DNA from: an uncultured virus (IMG/VR IMGVR_UViG_3300025371_000001)
Taxonomy: Adnaviria; Zilligvirae; Taleaviricota; Tokiviricetes; Ligamenvirales; Lipothrixviridae
DNA: 40,872 nt
IMG/VR virus record: IMGVR_UViG_3300025371_000001
Reading direction: 5' to 3' (one strand)
Numbering within the stretch: the stretch's first letter is position 1; each line of letters starts with the position of its first letter. Below the pieces are notes generated by a model. It worked only from the letters and a program-made list of their open reading frames with translations, had not been told where the DNA came from and did not search any database. Shown here piece after piece: positions 39,348-40,872 of the stretch. Made by a program: the position numbers and the translations under genes.

Positions 39348-39952
39348 CAATTTTTAAGTAAGTTTTTTCTTTTTTGTTTTTATTTTCTCGTTTTTCTAAT
39401 TTCTCTTTATTTTTATCCTCTATTTTTCTCATCTCTGAAATAATATTTTAGCTTCTCTCCTTTTTTCTTGCTGCTTCTTCTCTTTATCAAACTTTCAATT
39501 TAGCATAAAGCTTATTATTTTTTCTTGCTAACTTTAAATTTTCAATCGGTACACTATTTAATGTTTCATATTTATTAGAAATTGTGCAAAAAATTTTATT
39601 TCGAATTACCTCAATTTTTTCAACTTTGTACATCATGATTTATTTCTTTTTCAAAATCTTTTAAAATAATTTTTGCTTGATATTACACATTTTTTATTTC
39701 AATCTATAGCAAAATTCAATTTTTTCTCATGCAGCTTTGTTGTTTTTCCAGTTTCTTTCTCTGGAGCGAAATTTTATTTCTATAAGGACCATCAAAGATA
39801 AATTTAATTTCTCTCATTTGCATAAAATTCAATTCTGCAGCTATATAGAATTTCTTCAGTCTGAAAGAAATTGAAAAGTTTAAATCCATATTACTAGACT
39901 TATGAAGAAAAATTTATAAACCCCCAATGAGATAGGAAACATGTGTGAAAAA

Positions 39953-40522
39953 ATGAAAGTAAACCAAAGTTCCCAAAAAATAAATCTCAAATCAAATTCA
40001 AGTCAAGGGATGGAGGTTTTTTTAACTCCAGAAACGAATCCCGTATCACAATCTAAACCTAAAGAAGAACAACCTAAACCTAAAGTACTTGATAAGCAAC
40101 CTAAAATAGAAGAGCCTGATATACAAATTACTAAAGCTCAAACTAAAGCTAAAGATAATTCTAAGATGGAAGAAGAAATACAGGGAAAGATAGAAGAGAT
40201 AGAGAGGGAATTAAAAATAAAGACAACATTAGACTTGACAACATTTAACAACATTGCTCACAATAAGCAATTATTGTTTAAAGTACTATTTATCAGGCAA
40301 AAGATTTATTTACACGTAAAAGATAACAATGGAAGAAGTACAATAATTGCAATAAATGTACCACGTTTTGGCGGAACTTCGCTTAGATATATGATATCTC
40401 AATGTGTGTTAGAATATTGTAGAATTATTGAGAAGAAGACTAACAAAGGAGTTGTATTATCATATTCTCCTATATCTACATCATCTAGTAATGTCGACGA
40501 CATAGAAGACATCTTTGACTAA
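39953..40522 (+). CDS. Hypothetical Lys/Glu-rich protein
   Basis: TATA TTTATAAA, GTGA SD; same upstream module as the Alba-like gene. Confidence 0.7.
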   Translation: MKVNQSSQKINLKSNSSQGMEVFLTPETNPVSQSKPKEEQPKPKVLDKQPKIEEPDIQITKAQTKAKDNSKMEEEIQGKIEEIERELKIKTTLDLTTFNNIAHNKQLLFKVLFIRQKIYLHVKDNNGRSTIIAINVPRFGGTSLRYMISQCVLEYCRIIEKKTNKGVVLSYSPISTSSSNVDDIEDIFD

Positions 40523-40872
40523 AGTTATTTTCTTTTTAATTTTTCTACTTTTCATTTAAAAATTTTTAATTTCCTTTTATTTTTTATGCTTAATTTTTCT
40601 CATTTTCATTTATTATTTCTTTTACTTCTCTTTTTTCTTGCTGCTCCTTCTCTTTATCAAATTTCTCGTTTTCGTAAAATTATTTCTTACAGTTTTTTGC
40701 TTTGGCAGCTTTGTTGTTTTTCCAGTTTCTTTCTCTGGAGCGAAATTTAATTTATCTTTGATGGTCCTCATAAAAATCGAATTTCTTCAGTTTTCACAAA
40801 ATTCGGTTTTTTTCGGCATCGGATTTTTTTCACGCCAGCCCCCGCCAGCCCGCACCGCTCAAGAGAGAGAGA

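Larger units (their letters stand above)
38585..40803. repeat. Three diverged copies of a T-rich intergenic module (approx. 38585-38850, 39408-39920, 40630-40803)
   Basis: Shared blocks TATCCTCTATTTTTCTCATCTCTGAAATAATATTT, GCAGCTTTGTTGTTTTTC and GGAGCGAAATT, plus CTAGACTTATGAAGAAAA in the first two copies. Confidence 0.8.

Overview
AT-rich, almost entirely +-strand window that reads like part of a large Sulfolobales-type archaeal virus or element. Support: BRE/TATA promoters, GGTG Shine-Dalgarno sites, leaderless genes, two MoxR/RavA AAA+ ATPase plus vWA pairs, and a beta-helix surface protein. No capsid or replication gene was recognised, so the taxon is inferred. The main finding is a candidate RNA-guided system. 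A 343-aa protein (4949-5980) resembling the IS110/Nop RNA-binding domain, lacking an obvious nuclease domain but carrying two Zn-ribbon insertions, sits between two non-CRISPR dual-repeat arrays, and two more arrays lie within about 6 kb. Each unit is usually 38 nt: TGCACAYAAGCAA + 9-nt spacer + TCAATAA + 9-nt spacer, about 43 complete units in total. This is TIGR-Tas-like architecture with divergent repeats. Also present: a possible one-spacer mini-CRISPR, orphan IS200/IS605-end structured RNAs, a 13-member mosaic paralog family whose N-terminal tag also heads unrelated genes, a 13-copy promoter cassette, a Csx16-like and an Alba-like protein, and a triplicated AT-rich region containing an inverted 32-bp segment. 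All family assignments come from reading motifs by eye; no searches were run.
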